Shown here one piece after another: positions 28,083-42,490 of a stretch of 64,000 nt of DNA. Positions within the stretch are counted from its first letter, which is position 1; the number at the start of each line of letters is the position of its first letter. The notes under the pieces are model-generated. The model did not search any database and was not told where the DNA came from. It worked only from the letters and a program-made list of their open reading frames with translations. A program made the translations under genes and the position numbers. Source of the stretch: Macrostomum lignano (taxonomy: Eukaryota); assembly GCA_002269645.1 (NCBI GenBank), contig NIVC01002230.1, forward strand, positions 89,285 through 153,284, given 5' to 3'.

Positions 28083-28798
28083 GAAGTAATAAGCAGTGCA
28101 GTAGTTGCGGCCAAGTATCCTGATTACTGATGCGACATCGCATTAATTTATATAATCTTTGCAGGCTCCTTTTGTTCATGTACTTTTTCTAAAAACACTG
28201 CTGAACTGCTGATTAATATACGTCACCGATAAGAAGTTAAACTACTGCCAGTACTGGGTGCGGATATCTAATTAAATTTACAATCCAACAATTATATACT
28301 ATGCAGTGCAACATAATTTTGATTTCCTATGACAAGCATTTGTGTTGTTAATTGCTTGATTATCGAGTTTCGCCGACTAACCCGAATATAGATTTATTAA
28401 TATTTTGTGGCACCTTACTGTTCCAAGTGCCTGGCGTACAGTGAAGTACAGGGGCATTACAGCGGCGCTGTGCATACAAATTGCCGAGCAAAGGGCTTTG
28501 CCCGCCCTCTGGCCAAATCACGCAGCCGCAGGCGGTTTGCAGCAGCTGCTGATTTTATTTTATTCTGTTTAAACTACAAATATTATAGAATGAGAAGTGG
28601 AGGGAATGTGTGGGAGGGTGGCGGCTGAGTAAGCGGTTGCCATGCTCCGGTGAGCACTGTTTGTTTACTCTGGCCGACAAGTCAACGGCTTTGGCAAACA
28701 CGCTGACGCAGCAGGTGGGGGGCTTTTATATTGGGCTGAGCCGCGGCGAGAGCTGGGCAGCTACTCATCTGTGCTGGCTGAGAAACTGCCATCAAAGC

Positions 28799-29032
28799 AT
28801 GTGCCGCAACCGGTCCGACTGCCTGTCCTGCCTGTGGACCTTCCTGTGGCTGCTGGTGCTGATCCTGCTGGCCTGGCCGGTGGCATTCCTGCTGTTCCCC
28901 ATCTTCCTGCTGCTGCTGCCCACCAAAGCCTGCTGCGGGCCCTGCGCCGCCTTTGTTGACCTGCTGCACCAGGGCGTGCTGCTGCCGCTGTTCTGCGCTG
29001 TCAACGCCATGGACGGCACGCCGATGTGCTGA
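28799..29032 (+). CDS. Small (77 aa) Cys-rich membrane protein of unknown function
   Basis: GC-rich coding-style codons like neighbouring exons. MCRNRSDCLSCLWTFLWLLVLILLAWPVAFLLFPIFLLLLP...LPLFCAVNAMDGTPMC*; long hydrophobic segment(s). Confidence 0.7.
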   Translation: MCRNRSDCLSCLWTFLWLLVLILLAWPVAFLLFPIFLLLLPTKACCGPCAAFVDLLHQGVLLPLFCAVNAMDGTPMC

Positions 29033-29771
29033 ACGGCCTAGCAACAGCCTAGCAACGAGTGCTGTTACTTCAAATTAATAGACGGAACTAAGAACGGCTC
29101 GTTCAGTATGATTTTTTAGCGTCTAATTTTCAGACTGACTAACTTTATATGCTTGTAATATTTGTATATTGTATAAATAATCACCGCCACTGGACTTGAA
29201 CAATATAAAATTGAACAATAATTATTACAATTATAAATATATATGTATGCATAAGTTCGAGGGCGGGCCGGGCTTTTATTGCACAAGCTGTACTACATAT
29301 ATTAACATATTTTTTCGCCATTTCTCGGCCATGAAAACGCAATCAAATCGATAGAAAAAAGGCCGTCTGCAATAAAGAGGAAAAAAGCAGCTTATTAATC
29401 GTAAAACAGACCAGAGATTTCAATAGCTTCCACTTCGCAACTGGGCAACAAAAAGAAGCGACAGCAAAAAAAGCCAAACGAATATTGCGAGACCCAGACT
29501 TGCACTGCTAGCTACTGTTAGTAGAGCGGCGCAGACATGGCGGCTGCGGGCTGAAATATAAACATTGCTACGCTTTGCCGACCTCGCTGGCTTCGCAGCG
29601 CGGAGACTAGACTCTAACTTCTAGGAGCAAAAAATTTAATGACTTGAATCGAATAATAGGCTGAATTGAACGCGGAACCACAAAGCGGTGCTGCTGGGGG
29701 AAAACGTGGGGGGGGGGGGGTATCAAAAAGATCAACATCGAAGCTGATGGACACGACATAAAAATTGATTC

Positions 29772-30168
29772 GTGAATGATCTAGTTTTGAATCGGTCATT
29801 GCCCTCTAAAAATATAGCTTTGAATCTGTCATTGCCCTCTAAAAATCTAGTTTTGAATCGGTCATTGCCCTCTAAAAATTTAGTTTTGAGTCGGTCATTG
29901 CCCTCTGAAAATATAGCTTTGAATCGGTCATTGCCCTCTAAAAATTTAGTTTTGAATCGGTCATTGCCCTCTAAAATTTAGTTTTGAATCGGTCATTGCC
30001 CTCTAAAATTTAGTTTTGAATCGGTCATTGCCCTCTAAAATTTAGTTTTGAATCGGTCATTGCCCTCTAAAATTTAGTTTTGAATCGGTCATTGCCCTCC
30101 AGTAATTTAGCTTTGAATCGGTCATTGCCCTCTAAAATTTAGTTTTGAATCGGTCATTGCCCTCTAAT
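29772..30168. repeat. Minisatellite, 32-33-bp unit (GAATCGGTCATTGCCCTCTAAAATTTAGTTTT)
   Basis: Tandem array just downstream of the G-alpha-o stop codon. Confidence 0.93.
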
Positions 30169-30410
30169 AGTCTAGAGTTCGCATTTCAATGCGGCACAAA
30201 AACATGGCGGTCCGACTACTGAGCTATAGCTACAGGTGCACACCATAGAAACGCGGACACAAAGGCTGGTAGCGGCAACAACAGCTAACAATAGTATTTG
30301 ATTTAACAATAATTATAACAACGATTAAGAGAATCATTGATCAATAAAATCACTGCGTACGCATGCATATGCCAGTGAGTGTAAAACAATCAGCTAGACA
30401 TCCATAGAGA

Positions 30411-33400
30411 TCAATAGAGACCGCAGCCGCGCAGGTTATTAGCGATGATGACGTCAGTGACGGCGTCGAACACGAACTGGATGTTGTTGGTGTCGGTGGC
30501 GCAGGTCTGGTGACAGTAAATCTCCTTGTTCGGCGACTTGTTCTTGGCCTCGAATTGGGCCTGAATGTAGGCGGCGGCCTCTTCGTACGTCTGCTTGCCT
30601 GCAGAGCGGTTGATTTAGGTAAATAGATTTTCGATACATATCGGGTAAATAGATTTTCGATACATATCGGGTAAAATGATTTTTTATTCATATCGGGTAA
30701 AATGATTTTCGATTCATATCGGGTAAATCGATTTTCGATACATATCGGGTAAATCGATTTTTGATACATATCGGGTAAAATGATTTTTTATTCATATCGG
30801 GTAAATCGATTTTCGATACATATCGGGTAAATCGATTTTCGATACATATCGGGTAAATCGATTTTTGATACATATCGGGTAAAATGATTTTTTATTCATA
30901 TCGGGTAAAATGATTTTCGATTCATATCGGGTAAATCGATTTTCGATACATATCGGGTAAATCGATTTTCGATACATATCGGGTAAATCGATTTTTGATA
31001 CATATCGGGTAAAATGATTTTTTATTCATATCGGGTAAAATGATTTTCGATTCATATCGGGTAAATCGATTTTCGATACATATCGGGTAAATCGATTTTT
31101 GATACATATCGGGTAAAAAGATTTTTTATTCATATCGGGTAAATCGATTTTCGATACATATCGGAGAAAAGATTTTTGATACACATCGGTTAAAACGATT
31201 TTTGATACATATCGGGCAAACAGATTTTCGATACATATCGGGTTAAATCGATTTTCGATACATATCGGGTAAAATGACTTTCTATACATATCGGGCAAAT
31301 AGATTCTTGATACATATCGGGCAAATAGATTCTTGATACATATCGAGCAAATATATTTTCGATACATATCGGGTAAACTTACAGCTTTAATGTATTGGCT
31401 AAAGTGAACTATATTACACTTACACCCTGTCAGAGCTGAGCTGAGTATTTAGCCAAGTCGATATTATATTATTTTGTTTAGTACCAAGTAAAGCCAAAAT
31501 CATAAACAGCGACTTACCGCAATATTCTGGGAAGCAAGTAGTCAATGGCGATCGTTTAATTTTCTCTTCGAACAGATCTTTTTTGTTAAGAAACAAAATA
31601 ATAGAAGTCTCCGTGAACCATTTGTTGTTGCAGATGCTGTCAAATAGTTTTAATGACTCTTGCATGCGGTTCTAAAATTGTAGGCGAAATACAAGCTTAG
31701 CTTAACTGCATAAATTTATATTATAGCCTACCAATAGTAGTATCGACTACTTATATCAGACTTACAGTGGTCTCGTCCTCGTGCAGTACCTGGTCGTACT
31801 CGCTCATAGCCACACAGAAGATAATAGCGGTGACGTCCTCGAAACAGTGGATCCACTTCTTCCGCTCGGAGCGCTGGCCGCCAACGTCGAAGAGCCTGTT
31901 AGGGAGCACAAATGATGAAGGAAGAGGCTGAGACTAGGACAGGCCCCTCTTTTCGTGCCCTTTGAGCAAATCTTATGATGAGATTATGATCTTATTATGA
32001 TGAGATTAAGATGAGGGGAATATTCTAATAAACTTGTGTTGCAATGGAATTGGGATGTGAATGGTTGGGATTGGGATGTGAATTGTTGGGATTGGGATGT
32101 GAATGGTTGGGATTGGGATGTGAATGGTTGAGATTGGAATGTGAATAGTTGGGATTGGGATGTGAATAGTTGAGATTGGAATGTGAATTGTTGGGATTGG
32201 AATGTGAATAGTTGGGATTGGAATGTGAATTGTTGGGATTGGAATGTGAATTGTTGGGATTGGGATGTGAATAGTTGAGATTGGAATGTGAATGGTTGGA
32301 ATTGGAATGTGAATAGTTGGGATTGGAATGTGAATAGTGAGATTGGAATGTGAATGGTTGGGATTGGAATTTGAATAGTTGAGATTCGAATGTGAATGGT
32401 TGGGATTGGAATGTGAATGGTTGAGATTTGAATGTGAATGGTTGGGATTGGAATGTGAATAGTTGGGATTGGAATGTGAATAGTTGGGATTGGAATGTGA
32501 ATGGTTGGGATTGGAATGTGAATAGTTGGGATTGGAATGTGAATAGTGAGATTGGAATGTGAATGGTTGGGATTGGAATTTGAATAGTTGAGATTCGAAT
32601 GTGAATGGTTGGGATTGGAATGTGAATGGTTGAGATTTGAATGTGAATGGTTGGGATTGGAATGTGAATGGTTGGAATTGGAATGTGAATAGTTGGGATT
32701 GGAATGTGAATGGTTGGGATTGGAATGTGAATAGTTGGGATTGGAATGTGAATAGTTGGGATTGGAATGTGAATAGTTGGGATTGGAATGTGAATAGTTG
32801 AGATTGGAATGTGAATGGTTGGGATTGGAATGTGAATAGTGAGATTGGAATGTGAATAGTTGGGATTGGAATGTGAATAGTTGGGATTGGAATGTGAATA
32901 GTTGAGATTGGAATGTGAATGGTTAGGATTTGGGATTTTAATAATGGATTAAAATGGCATTTAAACGATAATCATCTAGCAGTAGCTAGAAGCACCGAGT
33001 GCTCACTTGAAATTGAGATTCTTAAAGACGAAGTGCACTTCAACGATGCCGGTGGTTTTGACTCGAGTCCGCAGGATGTCCTGCTCAGTGGGCATGTAGG
33101 CCTTGGCGCCAAGCCGGTCCAAGTCGTCTAAGAAGTACTTGGCCGAGTCGTTGAGCTGGTACTCGTTGGAACGGCCGAAGCACTGCTGGACGCCGGAGTC
33201 CGCCCACAGGCGCTTCATCGCGGCCAGCAGCTCGTCTGAGAAGGGCTCCGTGTCTTCCATGCGGCCGATGACGTCGAATACAAGGCGAGAGTCCGCCTGG
33301 AAACAACAGGTCTTATTTATCAGAAGTATAACAGATATTTTTATCAGAAGTCTAACGGGTCTATGGGAATGTCTAAAAGATCTATGGGATGTCTAACAGA

Positions 33401-36400
33401 TCTAGGGAAATGTCTAACAGGATCTAGGGAAATGTCTAACAGATCTATGGGATGTCTAACAGATCTAGGGAAATGTCTAACAGATCTATGGGGATGTCTA
33501 ACAGATCTAGGGAAATGTCTAACAGATCTATGGGATGTCTAACAGGATCTAGGGAAATGTCTAACAGATCTATGGGATGTCTAACAGGATCTAGGTAAAT
33601 GTCTAACAGATCTATGGGATGTCTAACAGATCTATGGGATGTCTAACAGATCTATGGGGATGTCTAACAGGATCTAGAGAAATGTCTAACAGATCTATGG
33701 GGATGTCTAACAGGATCTAGGGAAATGTCTAACAGATCTATGGGGATGTCTAACAGATCTAGGGAAATGTCTAACAGATCTATGGGGATATCTAACAGAT
33801 CTAGGGAAATTTCTAACAGATCTATGGAAATGTCTAACAGACCTATGGGATGTCTAACAGATCTATGGGGATGTCCAACAGGATCTAGGGAGATGTCTAA
33901 CAGATCTATGGGATGTCTAACAGGATCTAGGGAAATGTCTAACAGATCTATGGGATGTCTAACAGATCTATGGGATGTCTAACAGATCTATGGGATGTCT
34001 AACAGATCTATGGGGATGTCTAACAGGATCTAGGGAAATGTCTAACAGATCTATGGGGATGTCTAACAGGATCTAGGGAAATGTCTAACAGATCTATGGG
34101 GATGTCTAACAGGATCTAGGGAAATGTCTAACAGATCTATGGGATGTCTAACAGATCTAGGGAAATGTCTAACAGATCTATGGGATGTCTAACAGATCTA
34201 GGGAAATGTCTAACAGATCTATGGGATGTCTAACAGATCTAGGGAAATGTCTAACAGATCTATGGGATGTCTAACAGATCTAGGAAAATGTCTAACAGAT
34301 CTATGGGATGTCTAACAGATCTAGGGAAATGTCTAACAGATCTATGGGATGTCTAACAGATCTAGGGAAATGTCTAACAGATCTAGGGAAATGTCTAACA
34401 GATCTATGGGGATGTCTAACAGATCTATGGGGATATCTAACAGATTTATGAGAATGTCTAACAGATCTATGGGGATATCTAACATATTTATGAGAATGTC
34501 CAACAGATCTATGGGGATATCTAACATATTTATGAGAATGTCCAACAGATCTATGGGGATATCTAACATATTTATGAGAATGTCTAACAGATCTATGGGA
34601 ATATCTAAAAGATGTCACAAAGATCTATGGGGATATCCAAAAGATATGAATTCAATCTAAGTAGATCTAGCAAGCTTATATGATCTCAAAGAAGCAGCAT
34701 CTGAAATGTAGACGAGTTTCACACCTGCCGCTCCGAGTCGCCATAAGAGATGCCCAGAGTGGTCATAGCGCGCAGTATGGCCACCAGAGACTGGATGGTG
34801 TTGCTGTACACCACAGGCTTGTACTGCTTGTTGTCCTCCTGGGTGAAGCCGCCCTCGTGAATAATTCTGCAATGGTTGGGTAAAAGAGGGCAATTAGTTT
34901 GAAAAAAGGACAGAGTCGAAACAAGCCGGAAAATTTGTGTCGACATTTAAACATGCTTACTTCATCTGCTTGACAATTGTACTTTTGCCTGACTCTCCAG
35001 CGCCTGAAAGGGTTGGTAAGGTTGGCCAGTTATGAATATAATTCGCAGGAACAACGCCTTCAGCGAGATCATGGGCAATTCTGTCCAGCTTAAAATCGAA
35101 TTGGATTCTGTGAAATTTCGAGCTTGAGAAAGCGACTCAGCAGAGCCACTCCGCCTCAAGATTGTAGGATAGATTTGGGATTTCAGCTTCATAGTGCATT
35201 TCAAGCGTGCGTTATTTCCTTTGTGGATTTCTAGGAAACGCTTCTGTGGGCCAATATGTATCGAAAGTATGAAACACTAAATAATATTGCTGTGTAACAG
35301 GCAACGCTCTGGCAGCGTGAAGAAGCCCCTAGAAGCAACAAGCCTAGCAAAGGAGGAAGCTGGAATGAGAAGGAAGTCGAGAGAGAAAGGCAGTGGCGGA
35401 TGGCAGCGTAGAATTCCCAATTCTAATTTTCCTATCCCGCCTTGGGCTGCGGAAATTGGCGCCAGGGGGAGGGGCGGGTTAAGGAAGCGGCCGAAGAAGC
35501 CAAGGGCGCCACGCCCAGCATTAGTTGAGTAATATGCAAATATATTATAGACACCCACATACACAGCATGTTGAATAGTGGCGATAAGCGCAATTAGCAG
35601 CGGAACTCGGAGTGCAGAAACGTGCACTGCAGATGCCATTGCCGATAGTACGGGTTAAGGATACATTAGGTGTGTAAGCTGCTGTAATGTAATGTAGACA
35701 AGGCATGTAAGCTGCTGTAATGTAATGTAGACAAGGCATGTAAGCTACTGTAATGTAATGTAGACAAGGCATGTAAGCTACTGTAATGTAATGTAGACAA
35801 GGCATGTAAGCTACTGTAATGTAATGTAGACAATGCATGTAAGCTGATGTAATGTAATTTAGACAAGGCATGTAAGCTGCTGTAATGTAATGTAGACAAG
35901 GCATGTAAGCTGCTGTAATGTAATGTAGACAAGGCATGTAAGCTGCTGTAATGTAATGTAGACAAGGCATGTAAGCTACTGTAATGTAATGTAGACAAGG
36001 CATGTAAGCTACTGTAATGTAATGTAGACAAGGCATGGAAGCTACTGTAATGTAATGTAGACAATGCATGTAAGCTACTGTAATGTAATTTAGACAAGGC
36101 ATGTAAGCTGCTGTAATGTAATGTAGACAAGGCATGTAAGCTGCTGTAATGTAATGTAGACAAGGCATGTAAGCTGCTGTAATGTAATGTAGACAAGGCA
36201 TGTAAGCTGCTGTAATGTAATGTAGACAAGACATGTAAGCTACTGTAATGCAATGTATGCAGGGTGTGCTAACTAACTGAAATACATGTAGATGTGACAG
36301 CCATGCTAGCTATGTAAGCTAGACAGCCAAGACCAGCATATTACAAAGAAGGCGAGAAGAGAAAGTGGAAAGCAGAGCAGGCAGCACCAAAAGATATTAG

Positions 36401-36756
36401 GCTGTCACAAGCACGCTAAAAACTTTGCGCGGGAAGTGGGGCACTGGAGTGTGTAGGGCAGAGAGTGAGCGAGTGAATGATGAGAGAAGACAGCCGACCG
36501 CGGGAGAGACAAGTCTAATTCCGCTAATTCCCCCATGAGCAAAGGGGATAACGAGCCCGACAGCTGAGTAGTGCTAACAGCTGCGCCGGAGTTGAGCAGA
36601 GAGCCGGTATTGTAATGAAATTTATGGGCGAGACTCACCAAGTAGCAGCAGCTTGATGTCCTTGGCAGCCTGGACCCCGTCCTCTTTCAAGAGGCGATCG
36701 ATGGTCTTGGATTGCTCCTGCGCCTGCCGCTCCTCCGCGCTCAGCGTGCAGCCCAT
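30411..36756 (-). CDS. GNAO1: Heterotrimeric G protein alpha subunit, Go class (354 aa, 7 coding exons)
   Basis: Exons 36756-36639 (118), 35003-34961 (43), 34866-34725 (142), 33296-33007 (290), 31895-31766 (130), 31671-31518 (154) and 30598-30411 (188) total 1065 nt. Motifs [36 protein letters not shown] and C-terminal NNLRGCGLY. Confidence 0.98.
30618..31378. repeat. Intronic minisatellite, 26-bp unit (ATCGATTTTCGATACATATCGGGTAA)
   Basis: Array in the last G-alpha-o intron. Confidence 0.93.
32045..32925. repeat. Intronic minisatellite, 21-bp unit (TGGGATTGGAATGTGAATAGT)
   Basis: Array in G-alpha-o intron 4. Confidence 0.95.
33350..34640. repeat. Intronic minisatellite, 20-22-bp alternating units (GATCTATGGGATGTCTAACA / GATCTAGGGAAATGTCTAACA)
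   Basis: Array in G-alpha-o intron 3. Confidence 0.95.
35670..36258. repeat. Intronic minisatellite, 33-bp unit (GTAAGCTGCTGTAATGTAATGTAGACAAGGCAT)
   Basis: Array in G-alpha-o intron 1. Confidence 0.95.
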
Positions 36757-37039
36757 GACGGCGGCGCTTGGGTGTGAACTCCGGTGTGACAGGAAATTAA
36801 AATAAGTATTTAAACTGCTGCTGAGCCAACACCTCGGGAATGAGTTTATAGAAATTGAGCTGCTCAAGTTGGTCTGTAAATGGTGTTTGCTGGCATAAAA
36901 TCGTAAACAATATGGCAGCTGTGACTATGGAAATATGGAGTAGTTTGTAGCTTTTGATGTAGATTTCCATACTTTTTGGTTTTGAATAATTAGAACAATG
37001 TAAAAAAACTTGTATACAATCTAGCACATAACTGTGAGT

Positions 37040-37305
37040 CAAAGGAGAGGAGAGAGGGGGCAGAGAGAGATGGAAAAGATGAGGGAAGAGCAGGGGAGAG
37101 AGGAGAGAGGGGAGATAAGAGAGAGGAGAGGAGAGAGGAGAGAGGGGAAATGAGAGGGGAGAAGAGAGGAGAGAAGGGAGATAAAAGGGGAGATGAGAGG
37201 AGAGAGGGGAGAGAAATGAAGAAAATGAGGGAAGAGCAGGGGAGAGAGGAGAGAGGGGAGATAAGATAGATGAGGAGAGAGGGGAGGGAATGGGAAGAGA
37301 AGGGA
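37040..37305. repeat. GA-rich polypurine low-complexity tract
   Basis: Almost exclusively G/A on the + strand. Confidence 0.9.
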
Positions 37306-37755
37306 CACAAACCTTGAGCAGGCCAAATTTAGGTAGGGGGTTATATAATGTGCAAGTTACAAAGCAAGAGTGTCTTACAAGGCTGCTTTTAGATTTCAGC
37401 CAAAATTTACAAGTTTAACAAGTTTGTACCATTTCACTTTAAGATATATCCCATATCCCTAAGAAGACAGAGTTTCAAAATTCTTGCATGATGCCAAATA
37501 AATAGTTTGACCAAATCAATGCCAATAAGAAGATAGGAGCAACTGATAGAAAGAACAAGCAACTAACCAAAGTGGACAATATGGTTTAAAATATCATTGA
37601 CAAGCAGTTGCTCTTGTCTCATTCAGACATATGCTTGTTTTACTATAAGCAAGCTTTATGCTATTTTCATAAATTTTCAGACTGCTATTATACATTATAT
37701 TATTCTTTTGCACTTAGTCCATATTTAATTGAAGTCAAAATGGCATAATATAATT

Positions 37756-38091
37756 CAGGGGTCCCCAACCTGCGGCCCGCAGGCCAATTCTATGTGGCCC
37801 ACAGCCCTCTTTCCAATTTTGTATTTGATGCAGCCTGCTGAGTAAAATAGATGGAAAATTTGTAGGGAAAGGTGTCATTTTGTAGGGAAAGGTGCCATTT
37901 TGTAGGGAAAGGTGTCATTTTGTAAGGAAAGGTGTCATTTTGTAGGGAAAGGTATCATTTTGTAGTAGACTAATACTATATATTGACTTTGACATAATTT
38001 TTCCTAATTTTTGTGCACTTTTGCAGCCCACATATCCTTAATAAATATTGTGGTATGTGGCCTGCTGCTAACAGTGGGTTGGGGACCCCTG
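37756..38091. mobile_element. hAT-type MITE (336 bp)
   Basis: TIR CAGGGGTCCCCAACC...GGTTGGGGACCCCTG; TSD ATATAATT / ATATAATC; internal 20-bp repeats. Confidence 0.85.
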
Positions 38092-41000
38092 ATATAATCC
38101 AACCAATTGTTACTATGCTATATAAAAAATCTAGCCCTGCTAAAAAAGCAAGGCCCTGCTTGGACTCAACTATAGGAAAATTAAGGCAATGACCTTGACC
38201 TTCTTGGGATGGCTATTTTGCTAGGTATCATCTCCAAGGAAAAACCTATAAGAATACCTATTTTGTCTCTTTGATATTGAGAATACAGAGCATTTAATCT
38301 GTGAATGCCCTGTCTTTATTCAGGATAGGCTTATCTACTTTGGCCTAAGCCTAGACTTCTCTAATGCTTTTAGGCTCAAGAATATCTATCAGCTCATTTG
38401 CTACCTAAGGGCTAGTCCATTGGGTAAGCAACCATTCATCTCCTAGATTTTATACAGGGAGACCACACCATGGACATTAGTACTACTAGATTTATGTGAC
38501 ACTTTGCTAGCATTAGCTGCCTATATTCATTAGAGATTAACAGAATAATTGGCAAAATCTCTTACTATAGTTGGATACTTGGAAGTGGCATACCTAGGAA
38601 TTTATGAAGGGGGAACAGATTCTAAAAAGTAAAAAGGAAGAAGGCAAAAGGGGTGCTTAATATTTTGGCAAAAATGTTAGGGTCCCTCTTTTGGATTATT
38701 TTTCAAGTCTATCTTAAAAAAACAATTGCCTTTCTTTTCCTTGCTTTCCCCAATAGCTAAGTCCCCAACCCCCCAATAGCTAAGTAAAATAACCAATGTA
38801 TATAAATTATTAAAAGCCTATATAATATTAAAAATCCCTATGCTAATGGCTATGCTATGCCTGTGGCAATTTTCTAAATAAATGGCCAAACAAATCTAAA
38901 TATTCATTGTATAAGCCCTAGTGAAAATATATGCATAAAATTTAACATTTAAAAGTTTATATCTTTTATGTCTTGCTACTTTTAAATGATAATTAAGCCT
39001 AACTTTTCCTTATTATGTTGAAATTCATTTTCATAGGGGCATTAAAATTTAAATATATATTTAGGCCTTTTCTTAGAAACATGTCTTTTTAAATAAGCAA
39101 TATAGTTCCTTTTCAATGCTGACCTATATAAGCATTCATGCAACTGATCTAAAGTATTAAATTTAATTTAAATCTATAATTATGCACACACTATTTGACA
39201 AACTGACCAAATGACTATTTGACAAAAAGGTTTTTGATGAAATATCCAGTCAATGGCCTATTAGTCACAGTCTAATTATCACCACTTTGTCTATATAATC
39301 CAAAAAACTATAGAAATAGCAGCCATGTCTCTAATGGTGATTATGCTCATACTTTATACTTATAAACATGCCTAAGTTATCATGTCTATAATATTATAAC
39401 TTATTAACACAGTAGCCAACTTTTGACACAGTGTCCAACTTTTTACAATATAGAATGCATCTTATATTAGATACAATAGCTATGTCAATAAGTCTACATA
39501 GTGCTAATAGCCATGTCATTAATATTAAATGAGTTCATACTTGAAAACATAAAGGATACCATAGTCTAGATCATGCTAGGTGCATAGGCCTACCCGAATA
39601 ATTACAAATACATGCCAAAAATGACTTTTTATATTGCATAATGGACCCTTTTTGGCAAATAATTTGGTTAATTTTTATATTATTTTGATGACACTATTCA
39701 TAGTGGAAAATTAATGCACACAAAAATTTGTTTAAATACTTTATTAAAAGCATTAAAATTTACATTTCAAAATGAACATTTTTTCAACTTTTTTCTAATT
39801 CACAATAACTTTTTTGCATGATTCTATGAAATGTATACCAAGTTAAGTGTATAGGGCCTATGCACACTATTTTCTTAGGAATTATATATGCCAACTATGC
39901 ATGCCTACTTTTGGCATACAAGGCCAATGCACACCAGAATTTTTGGGCGTATACTATATGATCTGGAGTGTAGAGAGGGTAGCCATCCATGTCCTTAAAA
40001 TATAGTCTATTTGACACTGGCTAAAGATAGCAATGGTCTTTTATTGCCAAAATTTAAAGCAACAATACTATATATACTTATATGGCAAATGTACCTATAA
40101 GCTCCAACATTATAGACTAAGACATGGCTACCATTTCAATAAGTACTTCATGTTAATAAATACAAGTCTAATATGAATTTGTAATTCCAATTAATATATA
40201 AATATTTTGTGACTGTTATCCTTTTGATTATTGCCTTTTTGATCTATCACTTTTTTACCTGTAACTGAAATAGGCCTTGGCTAGGGCCTAAATATTAAGG
40301 CTAGGGGCCTATGCCCTATGGTTGTAGCCAAAGTCATCATATTTGAGATTGTCTTATCAGCTTATGAGAAAACAACTAAATTATTTAAATGATCAAATTA
40401 AAAAAGACCTAAATAGGTCAAAATGCTATTTATTTTGTTAGGCTAGTGTTGTTTAATTTATGATGCTGGATCTATACAAAAAGCCAAAGTTAGTAAAATT
40501 GATTTACCAATATTTAGATTAGAACAAGTTAGTAACTAACTAGTAAGTAAGCAGTAGCAATATGAACAGGCCTTAACTTGAGCCAAGGCAACAAGCAAAA
40601 TACACTCCACTTTAAAAATAGACATATAATGACCTGTTGACTACTAGAATCTTCATATTACTCGGTCCAAATCGATAATTTTCAAAGGCCTATATATAAT
40701 TCTCAGAATTTAATATATGTTTAATAACCACAATCTTGCCTCATAAATTGTCACGTTTCCTGGAAAGCCCTAAACATTTGTAAAAAACTCAATTCTCAAA
40801 GCTGTTCGTTTTAACCAATTCTGGTTCTCGAATATAAATATTACGAATTATTCTAGGTCTGGATGCGATTATCGTAAAAAGGGTAACTGTTTACTTATCT
40901 AAGGTTAACCAATTTTAACATTCATTTAGTTCGGTTAACATCTGTTACGACAGATTGTTTTGTTAGTATAGTTTTTAGATTGTGCATATAATGCCAATGG

Positions 41001-42342
41001 ATATAATATGCTTGTCTGTTACTAAATAAAATAACATTTTTTAGTTTTGAAAAATAAGCCTAAAGGATAAATTTTATTAGAATTAGTTTAAACTAGTTGC
41101 GCATTGCATAATAATTTGCAAACAAACTGTCGTCCGAGATTTAGGCCTATCGGCTATCCATCTGCTGACACGCGGCTAGGGGCCTAGCCTAGCCTAGGAT
41201 AGTACGATTTAATAATCTCCCTCCGGCCTCCTAGTCCTCGTCTTATTTTTAGTTTCATGCGAAAAAATCGAATTTAGAAGTAAGGTCTTTTCATTTTTTG
41301 TAGGGCCTATAGCTATTTTTGAAGCAGATAGAAAGCTTAAATCTAAGTTATCTATGAGTTGCATTGCATGTTTTGCTGCTAAGTTTCAATTCAATTTCTA
41401 CTCCAGACTAGGCCCTAGGCTAGACAATTCTAGTATACAGTGTAGGTGTAGCCGTGTAGGCCCTACACTGCCCTAGTAAGTGTAAAACCAAACCAACCAA
41501 AACAAGTCTTTGTTTGTTAATTAATAAAATTCAAAACAAAATATTCAAATATTCAAAAAAAATCATAGCAAAATATTCTATTTTTTCCATTTTAGCAGGC
41601 CTAGCCACCTAGGAGCTTATTAAATATGTCTTAAGCTAAAGCAGGGATTGGCAACCTTTTTCCACTTGAGGGCCAGATGAGGTTTTCAGTTCAAGACAGA
41701 CCATATGCCAAAGGTCGCCTCCCTTTCCTGGGTCTTTACCCTCTAGAATTTGCCTCCTGAGGTTTTATTTTCTAGAATCCACCCTTGGATCTTAACTAGG
41801 CTTACATTATTATATTTGTAGGCCAACAATTCCCATTGTTAGCCTACTATCACCTCACTTTCCTTCATTGCTAATTCCCCTATTTCTAGGCCTATTCTAT
41901 TTGAAAGTTTGGACTGATGCGCTTGAGGCAGTGCCTATGGTTATTACTCGCTTTCCAAAAAGTCAAATTCGTGCGAGACGCTAAAATTAGAAACATTTTG
42001 TTATACTGTACAAATAAATTTGCAAATTATTTTTTGTTTAAATGTGCAAACGGAAATTTTACTATATATACAAGCGATTTTGCCTCTAATAAAACCGACC
42101 CATTTAAAAGCAAAAAGCCTCTAATAGTGGTTCAAATATAAATACTCAGAATTCAAAATTGTCAGTTATTTCAAAGCTTGGTTTGAGAATGAGCATACGA
42201 AAGAGATTGTAGGCAGAGAGAATTAAGAGACTATTCAAAGAGATACTAAGAGTTGCGCTGTGACCCTCTAATCTCGGCGAATGCCTATTAGGACTGACTA
42301 AATTCATGTACCAGTACTAGACCGCTCAGGCCATACATAAGA

Positions 42343-42490
42343 CGCTACCAGAATCATACATAAGACGCTACCAGAACCATACATAAGACGCTACCAGAAC
42401 AATACATAAGACGCTACCAGAACAATACATAAGACGCTACCAGAACAATACATAAGACGCTACTAGACTAATACATAAACAGCTACCAGT
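42343..42490. repeat. Short array, 23-bp unit (ATACATAAGACGCTACCAGAACA), about 6 copies
   Basis: Visible tandem repeats. Confidence 0.9.

Noticed and set aside
25244-36253. Long repetitive ORFs (for example 26550..27260, 27518..28130, 35545..36253)
   Set aside because: They arise from 24- or 33-bp intronic or intergenic arrays that are open in several frames, with no signal peptide or codon-level constraint.
41642-41690. hAT-like left end CAGGGATTGGCAACCTTTTT
   Set aside because: No matching right end or TSD was found.
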